Positions 51,901 through 61,772 of a DNA stretch of 64,000 nt are shown here, one piece after another. Numbering within the stretch: position 1 is the first letter of the stretch; every line of letters starts with the position of its first letter. The notes beneath the pieces were generated by a model. The model did no database searches. It had not been told where the DNA came from and saw only the letters and a program-made list of their open reading frames with translations. The DNA is from Nemertoderma westbladi. Lineage: Eukaryota; Animalia; Xenacoelomorpha. A program made the translations under genes and the position numbers. Location of the stretch: the NCBI GenBank assembly GCA_032718475.1, contig JAUCBJ010004543.1:62001-126000 (forward strand), given 5' to 3'.

Positions 51901-54900
51901 TGTAATTAACTTGAATCAGCGTTTTACACCCCTTCCCGGATCCAGTAACACTTTGTAATTAACTTGAATCAGCGTTTTACACCCCTTCCCGGATACAGTA
52001 ACACTTTGTAATTAACTTGAATCAGCGTTTTACACCCCTTCCCGGATACAGTAACACTTTGTAATTAACGTGAATCCGCGTTTTACACCCCTTCCCGGAT
52101 CCAGTAACACTTTGTAATTAACTTGAATCAGCGTTTTACACCCCTTCCCGGATCCAGTAACACTTTGTAATTAAATTGAATCTGCGTTTTACACCCCTTC
52201 TCGGATCCAGTAACTCTTTGTAATTAACTTGAATCCGCGTTTTACACCCCTTCCCGGATACGGTAACACTTCGTAATTAACTTGAATCAGCGTTTTACAC
52301 CCCTTCCCGGATACAGTAACACTTTGTAATTAACGTGAATCCGCGTTTTACACCCCTTCCCGGATCCAGTAACACTTTGTAATTAACTCGAATCAGCGTT
52401 TTACACCCCTTCCCGGATACAGTAACACTTTGTAATTAACGTGAATCCGCGTTTTACACCCCTTCCCGGATCCAGTAACTCTTGGTAATTAACTTGCATC
52501 CGTGTTTTACACCCCTTCCCGGATCCAGTAACACTTGTAATTAACTTGAATCCATGTTTTACACCCCTTCCCGGATCCAGTAACTCTTTGTAATTAACTT
52601 GAATCCGCGTTTTACACCCCTTCCCGGATACGGTAACACTTCGTAATTAACTTAATCCACGTTTTACACCCCTTCCCGGATACAGTAACACTTTGTAATT
52701 AACTTGAATCCGCGTTTTACACCCATTCACGGATCCAGTAACACTTTGTAATTAACTTGAATCCGCGTTTTACACCCCTTCACGGATCCAGTAACACTTT
52801 GTAATTATATTGAATCCGCGTTTTACACCCCTTCCCGGATACAGTAACTCTTTGTAATTAACTTGAATCCGCGTTTTACACCCCTTCCCGGATACAGTAA
52901 CACTTCGTAATTAACTTGAATTCGCGTTTTACACTCCTTCCCGGATACGTAACACTTTGTAATTAACTTGAATCCGCGATTTACACCCCTTCCCGGATAC
53001 AGTAACTCTTGGTAATTAACTTGAATCCGTGTTTTATACCCCTTCCCGGATCCCGTAACACTTTATAATTAACTTGAATCCGCGTTTTACACCCCTTCCC
53101 GGATACAGTAACACTTTATAATTATCTTAGTCCGCGTTTTACACCCCTTCCCGGATCCCGTAACACTTTATAATTAACTTGAATCCGCGTTTTACACCCC
53201 TTCCCGGATACAGTAATTCTTGGTAATTAACTTGAATCCGTGTTTTACACCCCTTCCCGGATCCCGTAACACTTTATAATTAACTTGAATCCGCGTTTTA
53301 CACGCCATCCCGGATTCACAAAATATATGAATCCGCGTTTTACACTCAGTTACGGATTGCATGTAATTCCGGATCCGCCTTTACACTCGATGATCCGGAT
53401 CCTCATCCGTATCCGGATCCGGATCCGCGTTTTACACCTACCCTGATTTTGGTAAGCTATTGGTAGTTAACTAGATCGATCTCTAGGTTCTATTTTTATT
53501 TTTGCATGGTTTTTGTATTGTATGTATTTCATGTTTAAAAATGTATGTATTTCGACACAACTATATAGACTTTCCTAATTTAGTGCTTCTAAATGTTATT
53601 CCCTTGTATATTCATTTTATATTGTCTTACTTAACATAATTAATTAAGTTAATATTGTAAGTTAATTGAGGGGGGAAGGGGGGGGGGGGGGGGGTGGGTT
53701 GTCTAATTGGTGTTAACAAACATAATGTAATATATTGATTACATTATAAGCTAAGATTTTATTAAACTTTCTAAGCAGATAACGTTCGTAAATATTATTC
53801 TCAGGAATATCTTACTAACAAGCACAACAAATAAATGTGCTATTTTGTTGGGTTTTTTTTACTAGTTTCTCTGTTTCCCGCAAACCATAAACTAGATTCA
53901 TGTTAATTACAAAGTAACAGCTACAAGTTTGTTTGTGAAGTGTTTACTTTACGCTTAAGATTTGATTTGGCTTCCCCAAATTAACTACCCTTTAAGTGGT
54001 AGTATTGGTATTCAGTCTCGAAAAAAAACAATTTTTAACGGGGGTTACGTGACCCAATTTTAATACTATTTTTCTAAGGTCACGGTAATTTTTCAAACAG
54101 ATTATTATTTTAATACATACATAGCTTTGTATTTTATTTTTGTTTATTTAGCGCGTGGTCGAACTAACATGGAGCTGAGAGAACAGTTCATGTTGCCTGA
54201 AGGTGCGAAGCAGTCGATGAGAACATTCAGAACTAAACCCGTAGTCGATTCTGGTAGTCTTAGTAGTTCCTCTGGTCATCTTAGTTCCCAAAGTCAACCG
54301 CAGCAAATATACAAAGTAAGTACATATTAGTTCCCAAAGTCAATCGCAGCAAATATACAAAGTAAGTACATATTAGTTCCCAAAGTCAACCGTAGCAAAT
54401 ATACAAAGTAAGTACATATTAGTTCCCAAAGTCAATCGCAGCAAATATACAAAGTAAGTACATATTAGTTCCCAAAGTCAATCGCAGCAAATATACAAAG
54501 TAAGTACATATTAGTTCCCAAAGTCAACCGCAGCAAATATACAAAGTAAGTACATATTAGTTCCCAAAGTCAACCCCAGCAAATATACAAAGTAAGTACA
54601 TATTATTTCCCCAGGTCAATCGCAGCAAATATACAAAGTAAGTACATATTAGTTCCCAAAGTCAATCGCAGCAAATATACAAAGTAAGTACATATTAGTT
54701 CCCAAAGTCAATCGTAGCAAATATACAAAGTAAGTACATATTAGTTCCCAAAGTCAATCGCAGCAAATATACAAAGTAAGTACATATTAGTTCCCAAAGT
54801 CAATCGTAGCAAATATACAAAGTAAGTACATATTAGTTCCCAAAGTCAATCGCAGCAAATATACAAAGTAAGTACATATTAGTTCCCAAATTCAATCGCA

Positions 54901-57900
54901 GCAAATATACAAAGTAAGTACATATTAGTTCCCAAACTCAACCGCGACAAATATACAAAGTAAGTACATATTAGTTCCCAAAGTCAATCGCAGCAAATAT
55001 ACAAAGTAAGTACATATTAGTTCCTAAAGTCAATCGCAGCAAATATACAAAGTAAGTACATATTAGTTCCCAAAGTCAACCGCAGCAAATATAGAAAGTA
55101 AGTACATATTAGTTCCCAAAGTCAATCGCAGCAAATATACAAAGTAAGTACATATTAGTTCCCAAAGTCAACCGCAGCAAATATACAAAGTAAGTACATA
55201 TTAGTTCCCAAAGTCAATCGCAGCAAATATACAAAGTAAGTACATATTAGTTCCCAAAGTCAACCGCAGCAAATATACAAAGTAAGTACATATTAGTTCC
55301 CAAAGTCAACCCCAGCAAATATACAAAGTAAGTACATATTAGTTCCCAAAGTCAACCGCAGCAAAAATACAAAGTAAGTACATATTAGTTCCCAAAGTCA
55401 ATCGCAGCAAATATACAAAGTAAGTACATATTAGTTCCCAAAGTCAACCGCAGCAGATATACAAAGTAAGTACATATTACATACAAAGTCGACCGCAGCA
55501 AATATACAAAGTAAGTACATATTAGTTCACAAAATCAATCGCAGCAAATATACAAAGTAAGTACATATTAGTTCCCAAAGTCAATCGCAGCAAATATACA
55601 AAGTAAGTACATATTAGTTCCCAAAGTCAACCGCAGCAGATATACAAAGTAAGTACATATTACATACAAAGTCGACCGCAGCAAATATACAAAGTAAGTA
55701 CATATTAGTTCACAAAATCAATCGCAGCAAATATACAAAGTAAGTACATATTAGTTCCCAAAGTCAATCGCAGCAAATATACAAAGTAAGTACATATTAG
55801 TTCCCAAAGTCAATCGCAGCAAATATACAAAGTAAGTACATATTAGTTCCCAAAGTCAATCGGAGCAAATATACAAAGAAAGTACATATTAGTTCCCAAT
55901 GTCGACCGCAGCAAATATACAAAGTAAGTACATATTAGTTCCCAAAGTCAATCGCTGCAAATATACAAAGTAAGTACATATTAGTTCCCAAAGTCAATCG
56001 CAGCAAATATACAAAGTAAGTACATATTAGTTCCCAAAGTCAATCGCAGCAAATATACAAAGTAAGTACATATTAGTTCCCAAAGTCAATCGCAGCAAAT
56101 ATACAAAGTAAGTACATATTAGTTCCCAAAGTCAATCGGAGCAAATATACAAAGAAAGTACATATTAGTTCCCAAAGTCGACCGCGACAAATATACAAAG
56201 TAAGTACATATTAGTTCCCAAAGTCAACCGCAGCAAATATACAAAGTAAGTATATTAGTTCCCAAAGTCAACCGCAGCAAATATACAAAGTAAGTACATA
56301 TTAGTTCCCAAAGTCAACCGCAGCAAATATACAAAGTAAGTACATATTAGTTCCCAAAGTCAATCGCAGCAAATATACAAAGTAAGTACATATTAGTTCC
56401 CAAAGTCAATCGCAGCAAATATACAAAGTAAGTACATATTAGTTCCCAAAGTCAATCGTAGCAAATATACAAAGTAAGTACATATTAGTTCCCAAAGTCG
56501 ACCGCAGCAAATATACAAAGTAAGTACATATTAGTTCCCAAAGTCAATCGTAGCAAATATACAAAGAAAGTACATATTAGTTCCCAAAGTTGACCGCAGC
56601 AAATATACAAAGTAAGTACATATTAGTTCACAAAATCAATCGCAGCAAATATACAAAGTAAGTACATATTAGTTCCCAAAGTCAATCGCAGCAAATATAC
56701 AAAGTAAGTACATATTAGTTCCCAAAGTCAATCGCAGCAAATATACAAAGTAAGTACATATTAGTTCCCAAAGTCAATCGGAGCAAATATACAAAGAAAG
56801 TACATATTAGTTCCCAAAGTCGACCGCAGCAAATATACAAAGTAAGTACATATTAGTTCCCAAAGTCAATCGCTGCAAATATACAAAGTAAGTACATATT
56901 AGTTCCCAAAGTCAATCGCAGCAAATATACAAAATAAGTACATATTAGTTCCCAACGTCAACCGCAGCAAATATACAAAATAAGTACATATTAGTTCCCA
57001 AAGTCAACCCCAGCAAATATACAAAGTAAGTACATATTAGTTCCAAAGGTCAACCGCAATAAAGATACAAAGTAAGTACATATTAGTTCCAAAAGTCGAC
57101 CGCAGCAAATATACAAAGTAAGTACATATTAGTTCCAAAGGGCAACCGCAATAAAGATACAAGGTAAGTACATATTAGTTCCAAAGGTCAACCGCAATAA
57201 AGATACAAAGTAAGTACATATTAGTTCCCAATGTCAACCGCAGCAAATATACAAAGTAAGTACATATTAGTTCCCAAACTCAACCGCGACAAATATACAA
57301 AGTAAGTACATATTAGTTCCCAAAGTCAATCGTAGCAAATATACAAAGTAAGTACATATTAGTTCCCAAACTCAACCGCGACAAATATACAAAGTAAGTA
57401 CATATTAGTTCCCAATGTCAACCGCAGCAAATATACAAAGTAAGTACATATTAGTTCCCAAACTCAACCGCGACAAATATACAAAGTAAGTAATATTAGT
57501 TCCCAAGGTCAACCGCAATAAAGATACAAAGTAAGTACATATTAGTTCCAAAAGTCGACCGCAGCAAATATACAAAGTAAGTACATATTAGTTCCCAAAG
57601 TCAATCGCAGCAAATATACAAAGTAAGTACATATTAGTTCCAAAGGTCAACCGCAATAAAGATACAAAGTAAGTACATATTAGTTCCCAAACTCAACCGC
57701 GACAAATATACAAAGTAAGTACATATTAGTTCCCAATGTCAACCGCAGCAAATATACAAAGTAAGTACATATTAGTTCCCAAACTCAACCGCGACAAATA
57801 TACAAAGTAAGTACATAGTTCCCAAAGTCAATGAATACAGCTAAAAGATTCTTAATACACCAATTTTAGAACATATTATACGATTAATTTTAATTTGTTT

Positions 57901-58433
57901 ACTGATATTATTCTTCAACAACTATGTACCCACTCCACTATACCTACTTTATCGTTCTTTATGTTTTTCAGCCCCGCCGTGGTACTATAACCCGCTCCAG
58001 TGTCAGTCACAATGTTACCACCGGTTCAGACTCAGCTCTAAACACCACCGGTACCGCACCAAAACTTCAGCGCGCGGTGGCACCAAGCAGCAGTGACACC
58101 TCGGTGACCAGCAGCACCAAGGAGTTGGCGGGTCGGCTCTCTACCGAAGTGTCCACTCGTCGAGTGTCTAGCTACACCCGGGGGAGCCACACTCCCTGTC
58201 AGACTCACTCCAGTATAGTTCGGGGACACCACACCGCAGTGTCGCTGGCTGCTAAGGACGCCGCAACCAAAGAGACAGTAACCAAGCAACCGAGTAAACG
58301 ACGAGTCTCAGCGCCACCTAGTGAATCTCCCGCGTCATCGGGCCTACCGTCCCCCAGTGGCAGTGGGATTCCGCGAGCAGTGATTGGCAGTAAAAGCAAA
58401 ACTGACACAAAGAAAAAGGAATGGAGGAGATGA
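1269..58433 (+). CDS. MACF1: Spectraplakin (MACF1/dystonin/Short stop/VAB-10-like), multi-exon, 5'-partial
   Basis: Domain order is plectin-like repeats, spectrin repeats, 2 EF-hands, GAS2/GAR, SxIP tail. GT-AG exons with consistent phases: 1269-15942, 16081-16250, 16395-16628, 16810-16956, 17387-17624, 17817-18094, 18662-18880, 19101-19268, 21591-24486, 24987-25117, 25637-25778, 25913-26070, 26607-26819, 27080-27244, 27467-27713, 27888-28114, 28651-28983, 29367-29552, 29651-29776, 29905-30111, 30261-30526, 32231-32417, 32839-33051, 33703-33925, 34061-34287, 34391-34615, 34793-34968, 35355-35481, 35616-35897, 36767-36940, 37093-37223, 37588-37783, 37907-38113, 38303-38455, 43598-43897, 44384-44556, 44695-44869, 45026-45146, 45611-45786, 45919-46154, 46581-46797, 46903-47089, 47668-47900, 48984-49101, (50205-50396 optional), 54152-54315, 57972-58433. 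The symbol denotes the family; the invertebrate gene would be co-orthologous to MACF1 and DST. Confidence 0.93.
15606..15872 (+). repeat. In-frame 102-bp (34-aa) coding tandem repeat, ~2.6 copies
   Basis: [34 protein letters not shown] starts at 15606, 15708 and 15810 with near-identical DNA. Confidence 0.95.
16081..19268 (+). CDS. Spectraplakin spectrin-repeat exons (7 exons)
   Basis: Short ORFs 16050, 16431, 16816, 17456, 17744, 18662 and 19041 overlap GT-AG-bounded exons with helical spectrin-like text ([13 protein letters not shown]). Confidence 0.8.
18109..18212. repeat. 36-bp tandem repeat x3, each with a perfect 22-bp palindrome
   Basis: ctaactcaatatattgagttag within units starting at 18109, 18145 and 18181. 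Confidence 0.9.
20004..20519 (+). mobile_element. Remnant of non-LTR retrotransposon (CR1/L2/Jockey-like) ORF1 C-terminus
   Basis: GC-rich intronic ORF. The pattern [27 protein letters not shown] resembles the SFKV..LLD..WPxGVxVRR motif I recall from CR1-type ORF1. It does not fit the host exon chain. Confidence 0.45.
20838..20910 (+). mobile_element. tRNA-derived SINE head / tRNA pseudogene
   Basis: A-box-like tagcggaaagg, TTCCA loop and B-box-like agttcgatccc; acceptor stem does not pair. Confidence 0.5.
21591..24486 (+). CDS. Large (2,896 bp) spectrin-repeat exon
   Basis: ORF 21648..24503 has repeated spectrin signatures ([32 protein letters not shown]). Acceptor tccatttcag at 21590; donor AACG/gtaagt at 24486. 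Confidence 0.92.
24987..38455 (+). CDS. Spectraplakin spectrin-repeat exons (25 exons)
   Basis: Phase-consistent GT-AG exons with WLxxxE spectrin motifs. [35 protein letters not shown] and [12 protein letters not shown] match my recollection of late MACF1/Shot spectrin repeats. Confidence 0.87.
25245..25520 (-). mobile_element. tRNA-derived SINE with Nin/Deu-like central domain and (TTTAC)n tail
   Basis: Minus strand: tggtgtagtgg A-box, ggttcgatcct B-box, core ctgccttgcatccttaagtggtagctaaatgagtac, tail tttactttactttac. Confidence 0.7.
28232..28305 (+). mobile_element. Degenerate tRNA-derived SINE head
   Basis: gtagttaggttgttagagtgtcggttttcca...tgttcgagccc; decayed A/B boxes. Confidence 0.4.
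30527..32120. repeat. 30-bp minisatellite, ~53 copies, starting at a 5' splice site
   Basis: Unit gtgtaacataaagtaccggttactagttgg (tataggtt variant in the 5' copies). Confidence 0.97.
32480..32707 (-). mobile_element. tRNA-derived SINE with Nin/Deu-like domain
   Basis: Minus strand: ggcggggtagctcagttggttgagcg head, ggttcagccc B-box, core ctcagcctttcatccactggggtcgataaaatgagtaccag, and a 3' tail shared with 150-237. Confidence 0.75.
35095..35262 (+). mobile_element. Degenerate tRNA-derived SINE with Nin/Deu-like core
   Basis: tggtctagtgg A-box, ggtacgatccc B-box, core ggctttcatccttgactggtcgataaatggg. Confidence 0.6.
38996..41262 (+). repeat. Three copies of a ~197-bp unit in the piggyBac 5' region (first copy interrupted by the nested element)
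   Basis: cagtatttcgaagattgtttcagttagtgctcttt at 38996, 40966 and 41163. Confidence 0.85.
39110..40884. mobile_element. Non-autonomous CACTA/EnSpm(CMC)-like element nested in the piggyBac
   Basis: TIR cccagtaaaaaatcc...ggattttttactggg with 2-bp TSD AG (empty site gtacagtagtatag visible at ~41078). Many subterminal cattcgta/tacgaatg motifs. Confidence 0.75.
41200..42573 (+). pseudogene. piggyBac transposase (PGBD2/PGBD3-like) with in-frame deletion of much of the catalytic core
   Basis: Acidic N-terminus, [77 protein letters not shown] and C-terminal Cys-rich RCRQC..KCMKC..LC..NCFVEYH. The segments carrying the first two catalytic Asp residues appear absent. Confidence 0.85.
43598..46797 (+). 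CDS. Final spectrin-repeat exons and Ser/Arg/Pro-rich linker (7 exons)
   Basis: [14 protein letters not shown]...[30 protein letters not shown] and [27 protein letters not shown] are typical of the last spectraplakin repeats. An SRIP motif lies in exon 46581. Confidence 0.88.
46903..47900 (+). CDS. EF-hand pair (exons 46903-47089 and 47668-47900) and start of GAS2 domain
   Basis: [41 protein letters not shown] and [18 protein letters not shown] are canonical EF loops, followed by [11 protein letters not shown] (GAR cysteines). Confidence 0.95.
47110..47665. repeat. ~36-bp minisatellite, ~15 copies, containing TGACGTCA
   Basis: Unit tgtggtttgtgacgtcatccccctctctgtctccct fills the intron between the EF-hand exons. 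Confidence 0.95.
47970..48916. mobile_element. Foldback/MULE-like non-autonomous element with tandem-repeat arms
   Basis: TIR ggttgtgtacaaaacacagacccaagacccc / ggggtcttgggtctgtgttttgtacacaacc. Inverted arrays of ~23-bp caggtacaaaacacagacccccc. Flanking direct repeat gttttttgta at 47960-47969 and 48917-48926. Confidence 0.8.
48984..49101 (+). CDS. GAS2/GAR microtubule-binding domain exon
   Basis: [39 protein letters not shown] is the hallmark GAS2 motif. Confidence 0.96.
49405..50178. mobile_element. MITE with long TIRs (CAGT...ACTG ends, Tc1/mariner-like)
   Basis: cagtcttgc..cggtgacagttggatctaactgacacccattgggtgtcatatgacac mirrored at ~50100-50178. TA follows the right end but AA precedes the left end. 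An internal extra copy of the left arm lies at ~49829. Confidence 0.7.
50205..50396 (+). CDS. Putative alternative cassette exon (64 codons, phase 1-1); read-through would terminate at 50470
   Basis: Acceptor ctctccattag at 50204 and donor CAAG/gtaata at 50396. Length 192 bp preserves frame. S/P/R-rich coding-like sequence, more GC-rich than the surrounding intron. Confidence 0.55.
50848..53423. repeat. 53-bp minisatellite, ~47 copies
   Basis: Unit aacttgaatccgcgttttacaccccttcccggatacagtaacactttgtaatt, decaying into ggatcc-rich sequence ending ...gcgttttacacctaccc. Confidence 0.97.
54152..54315 (+). CDS. Post-GAR exon
   Basis: [23 protein letters not shown] matches the conserved GRTNxELRExFxLPEG motif following GAR in MACF1/Shot. 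Donor AAA/gtaagt. Confidence 0.9.
54281..57832. repeat. 46-bp minisatellite, ~77 copies, derived from an exon 3' end plus 5' splice site
   Basis: Unit ttagttcccaaagtcaa(c/t)cgcagcaaatatacaaagtaagtacata; the first copy overlaps exon 54152-54315. Confidence 0.97.
57972..58433 (+). CDS. Terminal coding exon: S/T-rich tail with SxIP-type EB1-binding motifs
   Basis: Acceptor gtttttcag at 57971, phase 0. SGLP and SGIP motifs near the end; stop TGA at 58431-58433. Confidence 0.85.
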   Translation, partial: PRRGTITRSSVSHNVTTGSDSALNTTGTAPKLQRAVAPSSSDTSVTSSTKELAGRLSTEVSTRRVSSYTRGSHTPCQTHSSIVRGHHTAVSLAAKDAATKETVTKQPSKRRVSAPPSESPASSGLPSPSGSGIPRAVIGSKSKTDTKKKEWRR

Positions 58434-58881
58434 CCAATAGCAATGCGGGGAAGTTTAGACTGAAACTGAAAGTATTTTATAGTCGGCGTTGCTTCTCTTT
58501 TCTATCTCATTTACGTAATAGTTTTTGTTAGGAATTATTTTTGTTTACTTTACATGTTGTAACTTGGTGGTTGTTAATAATACCAGTAATGGTGCTGCAT
58601 ACATACATGAACGATCAATAGCAAACACAATTATTTACTATACTGTCCGTATATACAATCAATGGATAATTCCTACTATTAGAAATTTATGATTTGCTGC
58701 AGAATTTTAATGTTGAATTTAAATAATATTATTTAGTTTTCTTAGTTTACCTTATATTTCTATTCATCTTAAATTTGTGCTCTAGATAAATGTTGCTTAT
58801 ACCTCTTTAGGAATTTATTATTTTCTTTCCAGGATCATTATACCTAAGAGTCTGGCTTTGCCGGTTATTATTTTTGCTTGT

Positions 58882-58887
58882 AATAAA
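58882..58887 (+). promoter_or_regulatory. Candidate polyadenylation signal of the spectraplakin gene
   Basis: AATAAA ~450 bp after the stop, followed by T/GT-rich sequence. A second AATAAA lies near 58927. Confidence 0.4.
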
Positions 58888-59419
58888 TATTTGTTTACTA
58901 TTTTAAATGTTGTTGTATATTTATATAATAAATGTTATGTAATAGTTTATTGCTGGAAAGTTGTTTGTTTATATTTGAAATGTTGGAATTATTACAGTCT
59001 GCTTTATTATTTTCCTATTTTGCTTTTTACTTATCTGGTATGGTATGATTGAAGTTCCATGGAGTGTCCAGGCATCCTAGTGCCCGGACGTCCGGATATC
59101 CGGCCAACTTAGGAACGGACAGATGGGCAGACTGACTAGTTTACTGGATGTCCAGATTGCAGAATTCAGGGCAGTCATTCGGACAGTTTGCCTGAAAGAG
59201 AAGACAGTTCAGCCAGATTTCTGGACATCTGAGCAACCCGTGTACCTGGACATTTACACGATTTTGGAATGGACAAATAGGTAGACAGACAAGTTTAATG
59301 GACGCGCCCAGATTTGCCAAATTCCGGACAGTAGTTTGGAAAATTTGCCCGAAAAAAAAACATTTTTCCAGATTTCTGCACATCCGTGCTTTTTAGTGCC
59401 TGGACGTCCAGTATGTTAT

Positions 59420-59645
59420 AGAACTACGTTCTAAAACTGTTCTAGAGCGCAGTTCTAAAATTGTGTTCTAATATTATGTTCTAAACTGTGTTCTAGAACT
59501 GCGTTCTAGAACTGTGTTCTAGAACTGCGTTCTAGAACTGTGTTCTAGAACTGCGTTCTAAAACTTCGTTCTAAAACTGTGTTCTTGAACTGCTTCCTTG
59601 AACTGTGTTCTAAAATTATGTTCTAGAACTGCTTTCTAAAACTGA
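59420..59645. repeat. Short degenerate tandem repeat (~13-bp tagaactg(t/c)gttc)
   Basis: Repeated ttctagaactgtg/ttctagaactgcg units. Confidence 0.8.
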
Positions 59646-60155
59646 AACTGAGATATGAATAGAAAAAATACAGTTATATAAGAATTATTAATTAATTATT
59701 GGTAATATGTCAACAACTGATATAAACCAAATATTTGAAACACACAAAGTTAACATATCAGTTCAGGAAATAAGCAGCTTTACATCACCATTTTTATGTT
59801 AATAATTAATTAATTAGTTCTAGTTAATATAAATTATCAATCGCGAGTCTCCAATACACATTGACATTTCAACTTGGTAGAAACCCATCTCTATGCAGTG
59901 AGTGTAGTATTAGCGGCGTTGTGTAGCTCATTATAATTACCCAAACTTCAATTTTGTAGGACCGGCCTGCCTACAAGCAATAGACCCACTCCCCAGGTAT
60001 TCTGACCGGATGGCAGAATACCTGCGTATACATGTATACGCATAGGAATTACTACTAGGATCGGCATGCTGCATTGCAGCTGCATTTTTAGGAATGCTGT
60101 GCCGGCTTATAGGAAAGACTCATAGGAAAGATGGCGTTTACTAACGATCACATCG

Positions 60156-61302
60156 CGGCAGCTCCAAACCAAAACCCAGCAAGTACATTTTTTGACTTTT
60201 CGAGATAATCGCGTTTAAAGTTTTTGGACTTTAAACAGCTGGCATTTGGTTGAAATTTAATTTGATGAGTTTTAATTTTGTGTACCTTTACAAATTGTAC
60301 ATATATTAGTGCCAAAACTTTTTTTAAAATTTATTCCTTACTTTTCTTATAAATCGACTTACACGGTTTTGGTATGGTAGATAAGAAAACAATTGTAATT
60401 TTTGATGCATCAATACCCAGTAACGTCATGATTGCCATTTCAAAACACAGTAACTAATTTGCCCACACCAAAACCCAGTAAACTAACATTTAACTTTTCC
60501 AATCAGTTACCTTGCCAAACTTCCCATGCCAAAACCAATTAACTGACAAGTCCCTTCGCCAAAACCCAGTAACTCGTGACTTCCTTCGCCAACGGTTAGC
60601 GAAAACAAAGCAACATTCTAGAATATAATATTCTAGAACATTTAATTTTTTGTCTACGTCTGTTGCGTTGCCGGAGTTACTGGGTTTTGGTTTGGCATAG
60701 TATCTGCATTCGGGAAATCCCATGTCAAAACCCAGAATCTCAAACTGCTGGAAACCCAGTAAATCTGTTTACTGGGTTTTGACGTGGTAAATCTGACATT
60801 GACAATATACATACAGGGTTTTGACTTAGACAATTTGTCTTTCGGTAACGATACTCGATTTATACCGGTGAAAACCCAGTAAAGAATTTTGCTAGAAACC
60901 CAGTAAGTGCAGTTGCTGGGTTTTGGCGTAGGATTTTGGGATTTTTGAGCACATACTGGGTTTTGGCGTAGGATCTTGGGATTTTTGAGCACATACTGGG
61001 TTTTGGCGTAGGATCTTGGGATTTTTGAGCACATACTGGGTTTTGATGGAGTAACTTTTTCAAAATAACACCAGAAAGGATAAACGAAACCCAGTAACTA
61101 GCATTACTGTGTTTCGACGTGGTATTTGTTCTAAATTTAGCTAATTAGTTAATTAATTAATTGTTAATACTGCGAAATTGGTTAGTGCTATGGTTTCGAA
61201 ACTGAGTCAGATGATGAATTCTACGCCCCCAATAACCCCAAAAATCGAAAAAAATTGATTTCAAAAAAAATTTACATACTGGGTTTTGGTTTGGAGCTGC
61301 CG
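60156..61302. mobile_element. Non-autonomous TIR DNA transposon with 4-bp TSD (ATCG), superfamily unassigned
   Basis: 24-bp perfect TIR cggcagctccaaaccaaaacccag / ctgggttttggtttggagctgccg with atcg on both sides. Uninterrupted target ctaacgatcacatcggtgagtgag at ~61374. Internal aaaacccag motifs and a 39-bp x3 tandem at ~60917-61045. Confidence 0.8.
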
Positions 61303-61772
61303 ATCGGTGAGTGAGTGAGTGGGTCAGAATACCTGCATATACATGTATATACTCATAGGGAAGGCGGCGTTTACTAACGATCACATCGGTGAGTGAGTGA
61401 GTGGGTCGCTATAACTCTTAAGTAAAAACATCGACACACCATTGCAACGTTGCATTTCATTAGAGAAAAAAACAGTGAATGACATTTGTGACGCAACACT
61501 TTTTATTAAAACCAAAACCAAATTATATTACAGAATGCACCATACCAGGTAATAACCGTATAATATACATTAATATAATACACATCATTAATATTAAATA
61601 AGTTGGTATAAAACAAACAAAACTGCAAAATATAAGACCATCTGAAATGATTCTGGTCAGGTAAACCGAACCACCAATTTATCAACCTAGAAATCCATTA
61701 TTTACACCAGTAAGTTTCAAACTCGTTATCGACAGAATGGAAACTTTCTAAAGGGGACAAGATATCCTACAT

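Noticed and set aside
54316-54330. 15-nt GT..AG segments as true micro-introns
   Set aside because: Far below the intron sizes seen elsewhere in this gene (about 100 nt or more), and the 31-nt pseudo-exons would shift frame.
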